Shown piece by piece: positions 16,513 to 24,645 of a stretch of 24,645 nt of DNA. Source of the stretch: an uncultured Pseudomonadota bacterium (GTDB lineage Bacteria; SAR324; NAC60-12); the NCBI GenBank assembly GCA_913020725.1, contig CAJWCD010000041.1, forward strand, positions 1 through 24,645, given 5' to 3'. Made by a program: the position numbers and the translations under genes. The stretch's first letter is position 1, and every line of letters starts with the position of its first letter. The notes beneath the pieces were generated by a model that saw nothing but the letters and a program-made list of their open reading frames with translations, ran no database searches and was not told where the DNA came from.

Positions 16513-17417
16513 TTGCGGTTCTCTGGAGCGGTCACGTCTCGGATGCCGTCGCCGAGCAGGTTCACGCAAAGAATCAGGGTGAAGAGCGCAATTCCTGGAA
16601 TGCTGATGATCCACGGTTCAAAGAACATGAACCCCTTGCCTTCGGAAATCATCAGACCCCACGAGGGCAGGGGGGGCTGGACGCCAAGACCAAGGAACGA
16701 TAGCGCAGCTTCCAAGATGACGGCGTGCGCGATTTCGATGGTGGCGATCACAATGAGGTTGTTTGCCACGTTTGGCATGATTTCCGTGAGGATGATGCGT
16801 AACGGGGAACAGCCCGCAGCTTTTGCGGCGGTGATATAATCAAGATCTCGGACCTGTTGTGTGGAACTGCGCATCACCACGGCGAAGCGGTCCCAGATCA
16901 GAAAACCCAGCACGAAAATGACGATTTCCAGCGAACTGCCAATCAAGGCGACCACGGCAAGCGCCACCAAGATGACCGGCATGCTCAGTCGGGTCGTGAT
17001 CATGAACGTGATCGCCATGTCCGTTTTTCCACCAAAATACCCGGCCGCGACTCCTAACGTGGTGCCGATCAGGGCGGAAATGAACATGGCGGCAATACCA
17101 ATGAACAGCGAGATCCGGGCACCGTAGATGACCCGGGACAAGTAATCGCGTCCTAAATTATCGGTCCCGAAAGGATGAACCCAAGTCCCATCGTCATGCC
17201 AGATTGGACTGATCAACCTGCGGGAGAGATCTTGGTCATACGGATCGTGCGGAGCAATCAGCGGGGCGCAAATCGCCATCAACACGATGATAGCAAAGAT
17301 GCCACCGCCGATGGTGATTCCCAAGTGACCAAACATGCGCCGTCGCAGGAGTTGTGCAGGAGAAGGCTCCAGCAGTTGTTCGTCCGCAAGACTGAAGGGG
17401 GTGTTGGTGGTGGGCAT
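16509..17417 (-). CDS. Peptide ABC transporter permease (DppC/OppC-like)
   Basis: HPFGTDNLGRD, YGARISL, EAA-like loop and LSFLGLGVQPPLPSWG. Confidence 0.95.
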   Translation of the reverse strand: MPTTNTPFSLADEQLLEPSPAQLLRRRMFGHLGITIGGGIFAIIVLMAICAPLIAPHDPYDQDLSRRLISPIWHDDGTWVHPFGTDNLGRDYLSRVIYGARISLFIGIAAMFISALIGTTLGVAAGYFGGKTDMAITFMITTRLSMPVILVALAVVALIGSSLEIVIFVLGFLIWDRFAVVMRSSTQQVRDLDYITAAKAAGCSPLRIILTEIMPNVANNLIVIATIEIAHAVILEAALSFLGLGVQPPLPSWGLMISEGKGFMFFEPWIISIPGIALFTLILCVNLLGDGIRDVTAPENRN

Positions 17418-17444
17418 GGTTGTGGGGTTATCGTTGCGGTGTCA

Positions 17445-18362
17445 TCAACTTACACGGATTCGAGGGTCTAGGTAGGCGTTCAGCAGATCGGCAAAGTAGG
17501 TGAGTGCGATGTAGATGCAGGCGACCACCAACACGATGGCTTGCATCATCTCAAAGTCCGAACGCTGAATGGACTGCCACGCGAGCCTGCCCAGTCCGTT
17601 CAAGGAAAAGATGCTTTCAATGACAATGGACCCACCCAGCATGAACCCCAACTGCACAGCGGAGAGCGACACCACTGGAATGATGGCGTTGCGGAGGGCG
17701 TGCTTGAAGAGCACCACTGGAGGTCGTAAACCCTTGGCGCGTGCGGTGCGGATGTAATCTGAGGAAAGCACATCGAGCATTCCGGCCCGGGTGAGACGCA
17801 TGATGGCCGGAGTCGCGTAGTAGCCGAGGGCGACCGCAGGCATAATGAAATTCTTCCAAGAATCGCTTCCGGAAATCGGCAGGAGCCGCCACTTCACCCC
17901 GAAGAACAGAATCATCAGCAGCGCGAAAAAGAAACTGGGCAGCGCCTGTCCGACTACTGCTAAGGAAAGCGCAAAGCGGTCGAGTATTGTGTTGGGACGC
18001 ACGGCGGCAAGCACTCCGAGCGGAACTGCTAGCAGCAGGGCAAAACTAAGCGCCAGCCCCCCCAAGGTCATGGTGACCGGCAAGCGCTCCAGAATGATGT
18101 TTGAAACCTCCGTCTTCAGGTAGTGCGAGCGGCCAAAATCCCCCTGAATCGCCCGTCGTGCCCAATCAAGGTATTGCACCGTGACAGGACGGTCAAACCC
18201 GTAGTGTACCCGCACATACTCGATGTCCTCCTCAGTGGCTGCCTCCCCAGCCATCGCAACGGCAGGGTCTCCGGAAAGCCGGAGCAGCGTGAAGACCACC
18301 ACCGAAACTGTGATGGCCACAAGCAGCGCGACGCCGAGACGCTTGAGGGCGTAGGCAAACAA
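17445..18362 (-). CDS. Peptide ABC transporter permease (DppB/OppB-like)
   Basis: GDPA, GDFGRS, DYIRTARAKGL, HALRNA and LDPRIR. TTG start. Confidence 0.95.
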   Translation of the reverse strand: MFAYALKRLGVALLVAITVSVVVFTLLRLSGDPAVAMAGEAATEEDIEYVRVHYGFDRPVTVQYLDWARRAIQGDFGRSHYLKTEVSNIILERLPVTMTLGGLALSFALLLAVPLGVLAAVRPNTILDRFALSLAVVGQALPSFFFALLMILFFGVKWRLLPISGSDSWKNFIMPAVALGYYATPAIMRLTRAGMLDVLSSDYIRTARAKGLRPPVVLFKHALRNAIIPVVSLSAVQLGFMLGGSIVIESIFSLNGLGRLAWQSIQRSDFEMMQAIVLVVACIYIALTYFADLLNAYLDPRIRVS

Positions 18363-18382
18363 GAGTCAAAATCCTCTGACAA

Positions 18383-18409
18383 GGTTGATCCGGGAAGCCC
18401 GGATCAACC
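18383..18409 (-). terminator. Perfect 12-bp stem-loop between the binding-protein and permease genes (mRNA stabiliser or partial terminator)
   Basis: GGTTGATCCGGG-aag-CCCGGATCAACC. Confidence 0.7.
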
Positions 18410-18423
18410 AAATCAGCGTGCGG

Positions 18424-19974
18424 TTACTTCCACCTAGCCGCGTAGAACTGCGGAATCTCATCCGGAGTTGGAGTGAAGTCCAAGTCCTTGTTGAACGCAT
18501 AATACTTGGCGTAGGTGAACATCGGCAACCAGTACAGGCTCCCCGAAATCCGGGTGAGAGCTTTCTTGTAGTTGTCTATGCGGACTTGCGGATCCGTCGA
18601 GGTGTCCGCCGTTTCCAGCCAGGCTTTCAACTGCGGGTCCATCGCGTAGTCATCCCGCGTGTTCTTGAAGAAATGGCTTGTGATCGCAGAGACATCATTG
18701 ACCGAATACGAACCCCAAGTCATCTGGTGGAAAGGAGTTTTCGACTCCCACACCAAACCGCGCAGCGCCTTGTACTGCATGTACTTGAGATTGGCCTGAA
18801 TGTCGATTTTCTTGAGATCGCCAATCACTGCTTCGGTGAACTCCCGCTGCCGATAAGCGTAGATGTCCGTTTCAAAGCCATTGGGATAACCTGCTTCGGC
18901 CAGTAGCTTTTTCGCCAGTCCCGGATCGTAACTGTACTGAGGAACGTCTTGGGTGCAGCCGAACTGTGATGGATAGCACGCAGAGTGGATGACCGCAGAC
19001 GCGCCTCCCACGAGATGCTTGGCGATAGCCTCCCGGTTGATGGCATGAGCAACGGCCTTCCGGACTTTGTAATCCATGAAGGGTGTTTTGTTGCCACCTT
19101 TTCCTGAGGAGTTGAACTGGATGTAACTGATGCGCATCGTCGGTGCGTTCACGACCGTGATTGGGCCCATGCTTTCCAGTTGCTCTGCTTTGTCCTTGGA
19201 GACATCCCAAATCCAATCAACCCCGCCGGTGATGAGTTCGGCGATCTGGGCTTCCGGATCGCTGATGATTCGGAAAACGATCTTGCCAATCGATGATTTA
19301 CCCTTGGCGCCCTTGAAATAGTTCTTGTTCAGTTCAAAATGGACGGATTCTCCGGGCACCACTTTGGTGATTTTGTAAGGACCCGTTCCACTGTTGACTG
19401 GATTGACGGCACCAAAGTCTTTTTTGCTTCCGGCAATTGGAGCCTTCTCCCAGAATCCAACGGGGAAAATTGGGGTTGGTCCTGCCAAGTATTCCAGCGC
19501 CGCAGGAAAGGGCTTGAGCAAATTGATGCGAACCTTGTAGTCACCCAACCTCTCGGCGTTCTTGATCCAGTTGACATTGCGTCTGGTGAGGACACCACTT
19601 TCCTCCGACGCAACATGGTTGAAGGTGTAAACCACATCGTCGGCGCTAAATTTCTTGCCGTTGTGGAAGGTAACATCATTCCGGAGGTCAAACTCCAGCG
19701 TGACCGTGTCCACCCACTTGTAGGAGGTTGCCAGCAGCGGCTCATACTCAAAGGTCTTGGGGTTGCGGAACAAGAGCGTGTCCCAGCCCATGTACGACAT
19801 GACCACGACTTCACGGGTGTTGTTGTAATACGGCAGGGCGACATCGAGATCCCGGTCCGTAGTCCAAGTAAGTGTGTTATTGCTCTTGCCTGCAAATGCA
19901 AGGTTTCCGACGCCGATCAACACCAGTGTGAAGACCGCGATGAGTTTGAAACCGAAGTTCTTGAGCTTGCTCAT
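18424..19974 (-). CDS. ABC transporter substrate-binding protein, family 5
   Basis: Signal peptide ending in AFA, PLLATSY, VTFHNGKKFSADDVVYT, GTGPYK, VRKAVAHAINR and YDPGLAKKLLAEAGY. RBS GGAAAGG precedes ATG 19974. Confidence 0.95.
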   Translation of the reverse strand: MSKLKNFGFKLIAVFTLVLIGVGNLAFAGKSNNTLTWTTDRDLDVALPYYNNTREVVVMSYMGWDTLLFRNPKTFEYEPLLATSYKWVDTVTLEFDLRNDVTFHNGKKFSADDVVYTFNHVASEESGVLTRRNVNWIKNAERLGDYKVRINLLKPFPAALEYLAGPTPIFPVGFWEKAPIAGSKKDFGAVNPVNSGTGPYKITKVVPGESVHFELNKNYFKGAKGKSSIGKIVFRIISDPEAQIAELITGGVDWIWDVSKDKAEQLESMGPITVVNAPTMRISYIQFNSSGKGGNKTPFMDYKVRKAVAHAINREAIAKHLVGGASAVIHSACYPSQFGCTQDVPQYSYDPGLAKKLLAEAGYPNGFETDIYAYRQREFTEAVIGDLKKIDIQANLKYMQYKALRGLVWESKTPFHQMTWGSYSVNDVSAITSHFFKNTRDDYAMDPQLKAWLETADTSTDPQVRIDNYKKALTRISGSLYWLPMFTYAKYYAFNKDLDFTPTPDEIPQFYAARWK

Positions 19975-20057
19975 AATCGTCCTTTCCATGCCTAAGCATA
20001 AGTGGGTGGAATGAACTGCGCCGTCAATCCGGATGAAGGCACACCGTAGAAATGGTA

Positions 20058-20086
20058 GTTGTATCCCTTTGCTTGTGAAGAGGCAA
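20058..20086 (-). promoter_or_regulatory. Possible internal promoter for the ABC-ggt-M20 genes
   Basis: Minus strand TTGCCT, 17-nt spacer, TACAAC, preceded by an A-tract. Confidence 0.3.
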
Positions 20087-20123
20087 CTGTTTTTTTGGTG
20101 CGCCTTAGGATTGGCAGAAGCGG

Positions 20124-21767
20124 TTACATCTTCTCGTCAAGCCAATCTGCTGCGATGGCATCGGGAGGGCGGTCTTCCGGATTGCCCCAGCCACCACCAC
20201 CGGGGGTTTGGACGACCACCATGTGATCCGGAGCAAGGCTGAAGGTGGTTTTTCCGGGCAGTTCCGTAGTCTGCTTCCCTGCATCCACCAGAAAATGGGC
20301 GCCCACTTGACTGGATTTGCCCCCGCACAAACCATACGGAGGAATGATGCGACGCTCCGCTGAAAGTGAAACCCGCGCCTCATGGCCGATGGCCCGGACC
20401 GAACGTGTCACGCCCAAACCGCCCCGGTGTTTTCCCGCGCCCCCGCTTCCATTGCGGAACTCGTAACACTCCACCCGCAAAGGGTAGCTGATCTCCAGCG
20501 CCTCCACAGGGGTGTTCATGGTGTTGGTCATGTTACACTGCACACCATCGGTGCCGTCACCCCAAGGCTTGCCTCCCTCACCTCCGGCAATGGTTTCGAT
20601 GTAGGTGTAGGGTCGGCCATTACGGGGATCGATCCCACCGACACCAATCAGGTTCATGGTACCCTGACTTGCGGCATGAACCTTGTCCGGTGCAAACTGT
20701 GCCGCCGCCTTTAACACCGTGTCGCAGACCCGATGCGTCGTTTCAGTGTTGCCCGCACAAACAGCAGCAGGTCGCTGGGCGTTCAAAAAACAGTTTTCCG
20801 GAATGCAGATTTCGATGGGGCGGAAGGTGCCGCCGTTCACAGGAATTTCCGGATCGGTGAAAATCTTGATGGCGTAAAAGGTGGCCGAATACGTCATCGG
20901 AGCAACGGCGTTGATGTTGCCCTTCAGCGCTCCTCCGCTCCCCGCAAAGTCGATTGAGAGGGTTTCTCCTGCGATGGTGATGGCGACCTTGACCGGAACG
21001 GGATCGAGGGTCACGCCATCGTTGTCCAAGGCATCCTCGGCAACATAGCAGCCATCGGGAAGTTCGGCGATGCGTTTGCGGATGCGGCGTTCGGCGTAAT
21101 CCAGCAAGGCGGTCAACCCCGCCTTCAATTGTGCGGAACTTCGCTTTTTGGCAAGCTCCTGTAAACGTTTCTGTCCGGTGCGCAGAGCAGCGAGTTGGGC
21201 GTTGAGGTCGCCGGAACGTTCATACGGGGTGCGCACGTTGGCCAACACCAAGGCCATCACGTCCTCTTGACGTTCCCCTTTGCGGTACAGTCGCACAGGC
21301 GGAATCACCAAGCCTTCCTGATACACCTCGGTGGAACGTCCGGGCATGGAGCCGGGTTCCATGCCGCCCACGTCAGAGTGATGCGCCCGGGTGGAAACAT
21401 AGCCGATCAACTCGCCCTCGTGGAACACCCCACCAAGCAGCGTGATGTCCGGAAGGTGCGCTCCGCCGATGAAAGGATCGTTGACCAAGACCACATCACC
21501 GTCCTCCAGCGGAGTCGTTGCTTGCAGGATTTGCCGCAAGGCCACCAGCATGGACCCTAAGTGAACGGGCACATGCTCGGCTTGCGCGACCAGTTCCCCT
21601 TGGGCGTCGAAGATTGCGCAGGAGGCGTCCATGCGCTCTTTGATGTTGGGAGAGAACGAGGTGTTTTTCAACACCGCGCCCATTTCCTCGGCGATGGACT
21701 GCAAGCCATTGCGCAAAACCTCCAACGTGATGGCGTCAATCTCAGAAATTTGCGGAGTGTCAGGCAT
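20124..21767 (-). CDS. Hydantoinase B/oxoprolinase family protein
   Basis: SFSPNIKERMDASCA, PVHLGSM, NDPFIGGAHLPD, HHSDVGG, NTPVEALE and TPGGGGWG. Likely start MPDTPQ at 21767, overlapping the A subunit stop. Confidence 0.95.
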   Translation of the reverse strand: MPDTPQISEIDAITLEVLRNGLQSIAEEMGAVLKNTSFSPNIKERMDASCAIFDAQGELVAQAEHVPVHLGSMLVALRQILQATTPLEDGDVVLVNDPFIGGAHLPDITLLGGVFHEGELIGYVSTRAHHSDVGGMEPGSMPGRSTEVYQEGLVIPPVRLYRKGERQEDVMALVLANVRTPYERSGDLNAQLAALRTGQKRLQELAKKRSSAQLKAGLTALLDYAERRIRKRIAELPDGCYVAEDALDNDGVTLDPVPVKVAITIAGETLSIDFAGSGGALKGNINAVAPMTYSATFYAIKIFTDPEIPVNGGTFRPIEICIPENCFLNAQRPAAVCAGNTETTHRVCDTVLKAAAQFAPDKVHAASQGTMNLIGVGGIDPRNGRPYTYIETIAGGEGGKPWGDGTDGVQCNMTNTMNTPVEALEISYPLRVECYEFRNGSGGAGKHRGGLGVTRSVRAIGHEARVSLSAERRIIPPYGLCGGKSSQVGAHFLVDAGKQTTELPGKTTFSLAPDHMVVVQTPGGGGWGNPEDRPPDAIAADWLDEKM

Positions 21768-23493
21768 GGGAATCTCCTTGGCCAACAGAGACCAGCAGGT
21801 TGCCATACGCATCAACGGTGGCGTAATCTCCGGGATGCAACAAGGCGGTGGAGGACAACTCCTCGATCACCGCAGGACCGCTGATGTGGTTCCCAGCCAA
21901 CAGAAATTCCCGCCCCCACACCGGAGCATCGTGCCAGCCTCCGGGTTCAGCGGAGTTGCTTGGCCCACAATACACCTGACGCCGACCGGATTGCGCCTGT
22001 GCAGGAGGAACGGAGTCCCCCTCAGCTAATTTAGGGAGGGAGAACGGAGGCCGTCGACCAATGGCCAGCACCCGCAGGTTGACAATTTCAAGCGGAGCCG
22101 AGTCATCCGCATGGCCGAATTTTTTGTAGTGGGTGTTGTGAAACTGTTGCTCCAGCCAAGCTGCACTTGCGCAGTTGTGCAGGTTGCAGGGAATCATCAA
22201 TTCATAACTTTGTCCGATGTAGCGCATGTCGAGGATCGTGGTCAGGTTGCGGGCTTCCGGAGTCACACCGTCCTCGGCCAGCAGTTGGACGCCTTTCTCC
22301 AGCAGCGGAGCAAAGCGTTGCTGCAAGTCCTCTGGACAAACGTCCACCAGCGGTCGAACTTGGGTTTCCACCAGATCGTGCCGCAGGTCCGACATCAACA
22401 TACCCATCGCGCACAGAATGCCCGGAGCCGGGGGGATCAACACGGTGGGGACACCGAGGCTGGCGGCAACCGCGCAGCTATGCAGAGAACCCGCGCCTCC
22501 GAAAGAAACCAACGCAAACTCGCGGGGATCGTGTCCCCGTTCCACCGAAACCACCCGGACCCCGCGTTCCATGTTGGCGTTGGCTACTCGGATGATGCCC
22601 TCTGCGGCACTGACCACGTTCATCCCCAGAGGGTCGGCAATGTGTTCGAGGATCGCTTGTTGAGCGGCTTCGGCATCAAGTGTCAACTCCCCGCCCAAGG
22701 CCGTGGTGGTGCCCAAGCGACCCAGCATCAGGTTGGCGTCGGTCACGGTTGGCAGCGTTCCCCCCCGACGATAACACGCCGGGCCGGGTTGGGCCTCCGC
22801 ACTTTGCGGCCCCACTTTCAATGCTCCCCCTTCGTCAATGTCGGCGATGGACCCGCCTCCGGCCCCGATGGCGTTGATGTCAATCACCGGAATGCGCACT
22901 GGCAAGCCCTCCAGCGAGGCTTGGCTCGTGATCTGTGGAGTCGAATCCACGATTAGGCTAATGTCCGTGCTGGTTCCGCCCATGTCCATCGTGATGATGT
23001 TCGCAAGTTTGCAGCGGGCCGCGATTTCAGCGCTGGCGACCACCCCCCCGGCGGGTCCGGACAGGATTGTGTGGACGGGTTTTTTGCGGGCTGACCCCAA
23101 GGTCATCAAACCTCCGGAGGCTTCCATGACCATTACCGGAGTTTGCGGTGACAGGCCGAGTCCGGAGCGCGTATCCGCCAATTTGGTTTCCAGCGAGGCA
23201 AGGTAGCGATCCATGATCGGAATCAGGTACGCGTTCAAGACCACCGTGCTGGCGCGTTCGTATTCGCGAAACTCCGGCAGGATTTCGCTCGATGCCGAGA
23301 CGAGAAATCCGGCGTCCCGCAGGCTCTTCGCGACGGTCCCCTCGTGTTCTGGACGTAGAAACGAGAACAGAAAGCACAGCGCGACCGATTCCACCCCGGC
23401 CTCGCGTAGAGACGCCGCAAGCCCGGGGAGTTCCGAAGCGTCGGGAGACACGAGCGCGACGCCCTCATGCGTCACGCGTTCCGTCACCTCGTA
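21760..23493 (-). CDS. Hydantoinase A/oxoprolinase family protein, 5'-truncated in this sequence
   Basis: PEFREYERAST, LSGPAGG, DMGGTSTD, GAGGGS, GPACY, PTVTDA and DMRYIGQSYE. The N-terminal DxGGTFTD and HGTT region is absent, and an in-frame stop lies at 23521-23523. Confidence 0.9.
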   Translation of the reverse strand, partial: YEVTERVTHEGVALVSPDASELPGLAASLREAGVESVALCFLFSFLRPEHEGTVAKSLRDAGFLVSASSEILPEFREYERASTVVLNAYLIPIMDRYLASLETKLADTRSGLGLSPQTPVMVMEASGGLMTLGSARKKPVHTILSGPAGGVVASAEIAARCKLANIITMDMGGTSTDISLIVDSTPQITSQASLEGLPVRIPVIDINAIGAGGGSIADIDEGGALKVGPQSAEAQPGPACYRRGGTLPTVTDANLMLGRLGTTTALGGELTLDAEAAQQAILEHIADPLGMNVVSAAEGIIRVANANMERGVRVVSVERGHDPREFALVSFGGAGSLHSCAVAASLGVPTVLIPPAPGILCAMGMLMSDLRHDLVETQVRPLVDVCPEDLQQRFAPLLEKGVQLLAEDGVTPEARNLTTILDMRYIGQSYELMIPCNLHNCASAAWLEQQFHNTHYKKFGHADDSAPLEIVNLRVLAIGRRPPFSLPKLAEGDSVPPAQAQSGRRQVYCGPSNSAEPGGWHDAPVWGREFLLAGNHISGPAVIEELSSTALLHPGDYATVDAYGNLLVSVGQGDSHA

Positions 23494-23697
23494 GGCGGGG
23501 GGGCCAACGACTGGACCGGGTCAGGTGTGGCAAGGCTGCGCCATCGCATGTGGAGGATGTCGACCTGGTTCAATGAACGCCACAAGGAATGGGCGCTCTA
23601 TTCTCTTCTCGTGGTGATGTTCGCAGATTTCTATGTCTATGCCTGTACCGATGCAATGTTCGGTTGGACGGACTACATGCTGTGGGGAGGGATCTAA
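23471..23697 (+). CDS. 3' end of a succinate dehydrogenase membrane anchor (actinobacterial Sdh1 / Rv0249c-like), 5'-truncated
   Basis: HAFRHLVGG...LRHRMWRMSTWFNERHKEWALYSL...ADFYV resembles the CHSxRHxxGG...NxRHxxxAWxSL...DxY C-terminus of this family. Its stop lies 1 nt before sdhA. Confidence 0.7.
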
Positions 23698-23698
23698 A

Positions 23699-24645
23699 AT
23701 GTCCGAAGATTACACCACCCATGAGTACGATGTCGTCATCATCGGAGCCGGCGGTGCAGGTCTGCGTGCAGCGATTGAAGCCACCCGTGCAGGAGCATCG
23801 GTTGCTGTCATCTGCAAATCGATGCTCGGCAAAGCGCACACTGTGATGGCCGAAGGTGGGGCGGCAGCAGCACTTGCGAACAAGGACCCCCGCGACTCTT
23901 GGCAGACTCATTTCCGTGACACCATGAAGGGTGGCAAATACCTGAATGACTGGCGAATGGCAGAAATTCACGCAAAAGAAAGCCCTGATCGAATTCGGGA
24001 ACTTGAACAATGGGGTGCCATCTTTGATCGAACCCCGGACGGCTTGACCAATCAGCGCAACTTCGGTGGACACACCTATCCTCGTCTGGCTCACATTGGT
24101 GACGCTACAGGCCTAGAGTTAATTCGAACCCTACAGGAACGAGGTATTCACACCGGCATGGAGGTCTTCATGGAGTACACTGTACGCCATTTGTTCAAGA
24201 CCGATGGACGACTGTCCGGGTGCTTCGCCTACAATCGAGTCGATGGGTCGCTCCATGTGTTCAAGGCCAAGACGACGGTTCTTGCCACTGGTGGAATCAC
24301 CCGATGCTGGGCGGTTTGCTCTGGTTCTTGGGAATACACCGGTGAGGGGCATGCACTCGCATACTGGGTTGGAGCAGAAATGGGTGACATGGAATTCGTT
24401 CAATTCCATCCAACCGGCATGATTTGGCCACCCAGCGTTCGTGGTATCCTCGTGACCGAAGGTGTGCGAGGAGAAGGGGGGATGCTCACTAATTCCGAGG
24501 GTGAACGCTTCATGTTCAACTATGTTCCAGAGATGTATCGAGATGAATTCGCGGATACTAAGGATGAAGCCATGGATTGGGTGAATTCAATTGGCGCTGA
24601 TGAGACGCCTACCGCACGACGTCCACCCGAATTGTTGACACGTGA
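23699..24645 (+). CDS. sdhA: Succinate dehydrogenase/fumarate reductase flavoprotein subunit, partial (runs off the right edge)
   Basis: Manual translation: MSEDYTTHEYDVVIIGAGGAGLRAA...GKAHTVMAEGG (covalent FAD His)...QRNFGGH...DMEFVQFHPTG...LVTEGVRGEGG...ERFM...PELLTR. Missing from the ORF track because it has no stop in the window. Confidence 0.95.
   Translation, partial: MSEDYTTHEYDVVIIGAGGAGLRAAIEATRAGASVAVICKSMLGKAHTVMAEGGAAAALANKDPRDSWQTHFRDTMKGGKYLNDWRMAEIHAKESPDRIRELEQWGAIFDRTPDGLTNQRNFGGHTYPRLAHIGDATGLELIRTLQERGIHTGMEVFMEYTVRHLFKTDGRLSGCFAYNRVDGSLHVFKAKTTVLATGGITRCWAVCSGSWEYTGEGHALAYWVGAEMGDMEFVQFHPTGMIWPPSVRGILVTEGVRGEGGMLTNSEGERFMFNYVPEMYRDEFADTKDEAMDWVNSIGADETPTARRPPELLTR

Noticed and set aside
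1..24645. CRISPR array, rRNA, intact mobile element or phage genes
   Set aside because: No regularly spaced direct repeats, RNA-gene signatures, full-length transposase/integrase or phage proteins were seen.

Overview
Bacterial genomic window of moderately high GC, probably from an assembled environmental contig. From left to right: (1) a 0.5 kb stretch of gene fragments (IS3-family transposase, CpdA/GpdQ-like metallophosphoesterase, degenerate BrnT toxin with an intact leaderless sigma70 promoter); (2) a solitary xsc (sulfoacetaldehyde acetyltransferase) with a promoter and palindromic operator; (3) a RutR-like regulator broken by one TGA at a Trp position, its RutR box, and a 66-aa chimeric ORF that looks like the scar left by deletion of a whole pyrimidine-degradation operon; (4) tig (with a His-rich tail)-clpP-clpX-PfkB/adenosine kinase-U32 protein; (5) a compact unit of promoter, very strong Shine-Dalgarno, 23-aa ORF and terminator; (6) a 2OG-Fe(II) oxygenase and a PanE-like reductase converging on a minus-strand catabolic cluster (hydantoinase/oxoprolinase A and B, Dpp/Opp-type ABC transporter, GGT-family Ntn hydrolase lacking the canonical gamma-glutamyl pocket residues, M20 amidohydrolase); (7) an abrupt junction near 23.47-23.49 kb where the 5'-truncated hydantoinase A gene joins the 3' end of an Sdh membrane-anchor gene followed by sdhA, most likely an assembly chimera. 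No rRNA, tRNA or CRISPR array was seen. All homology calls come from recalled family motifs, not from database searches.
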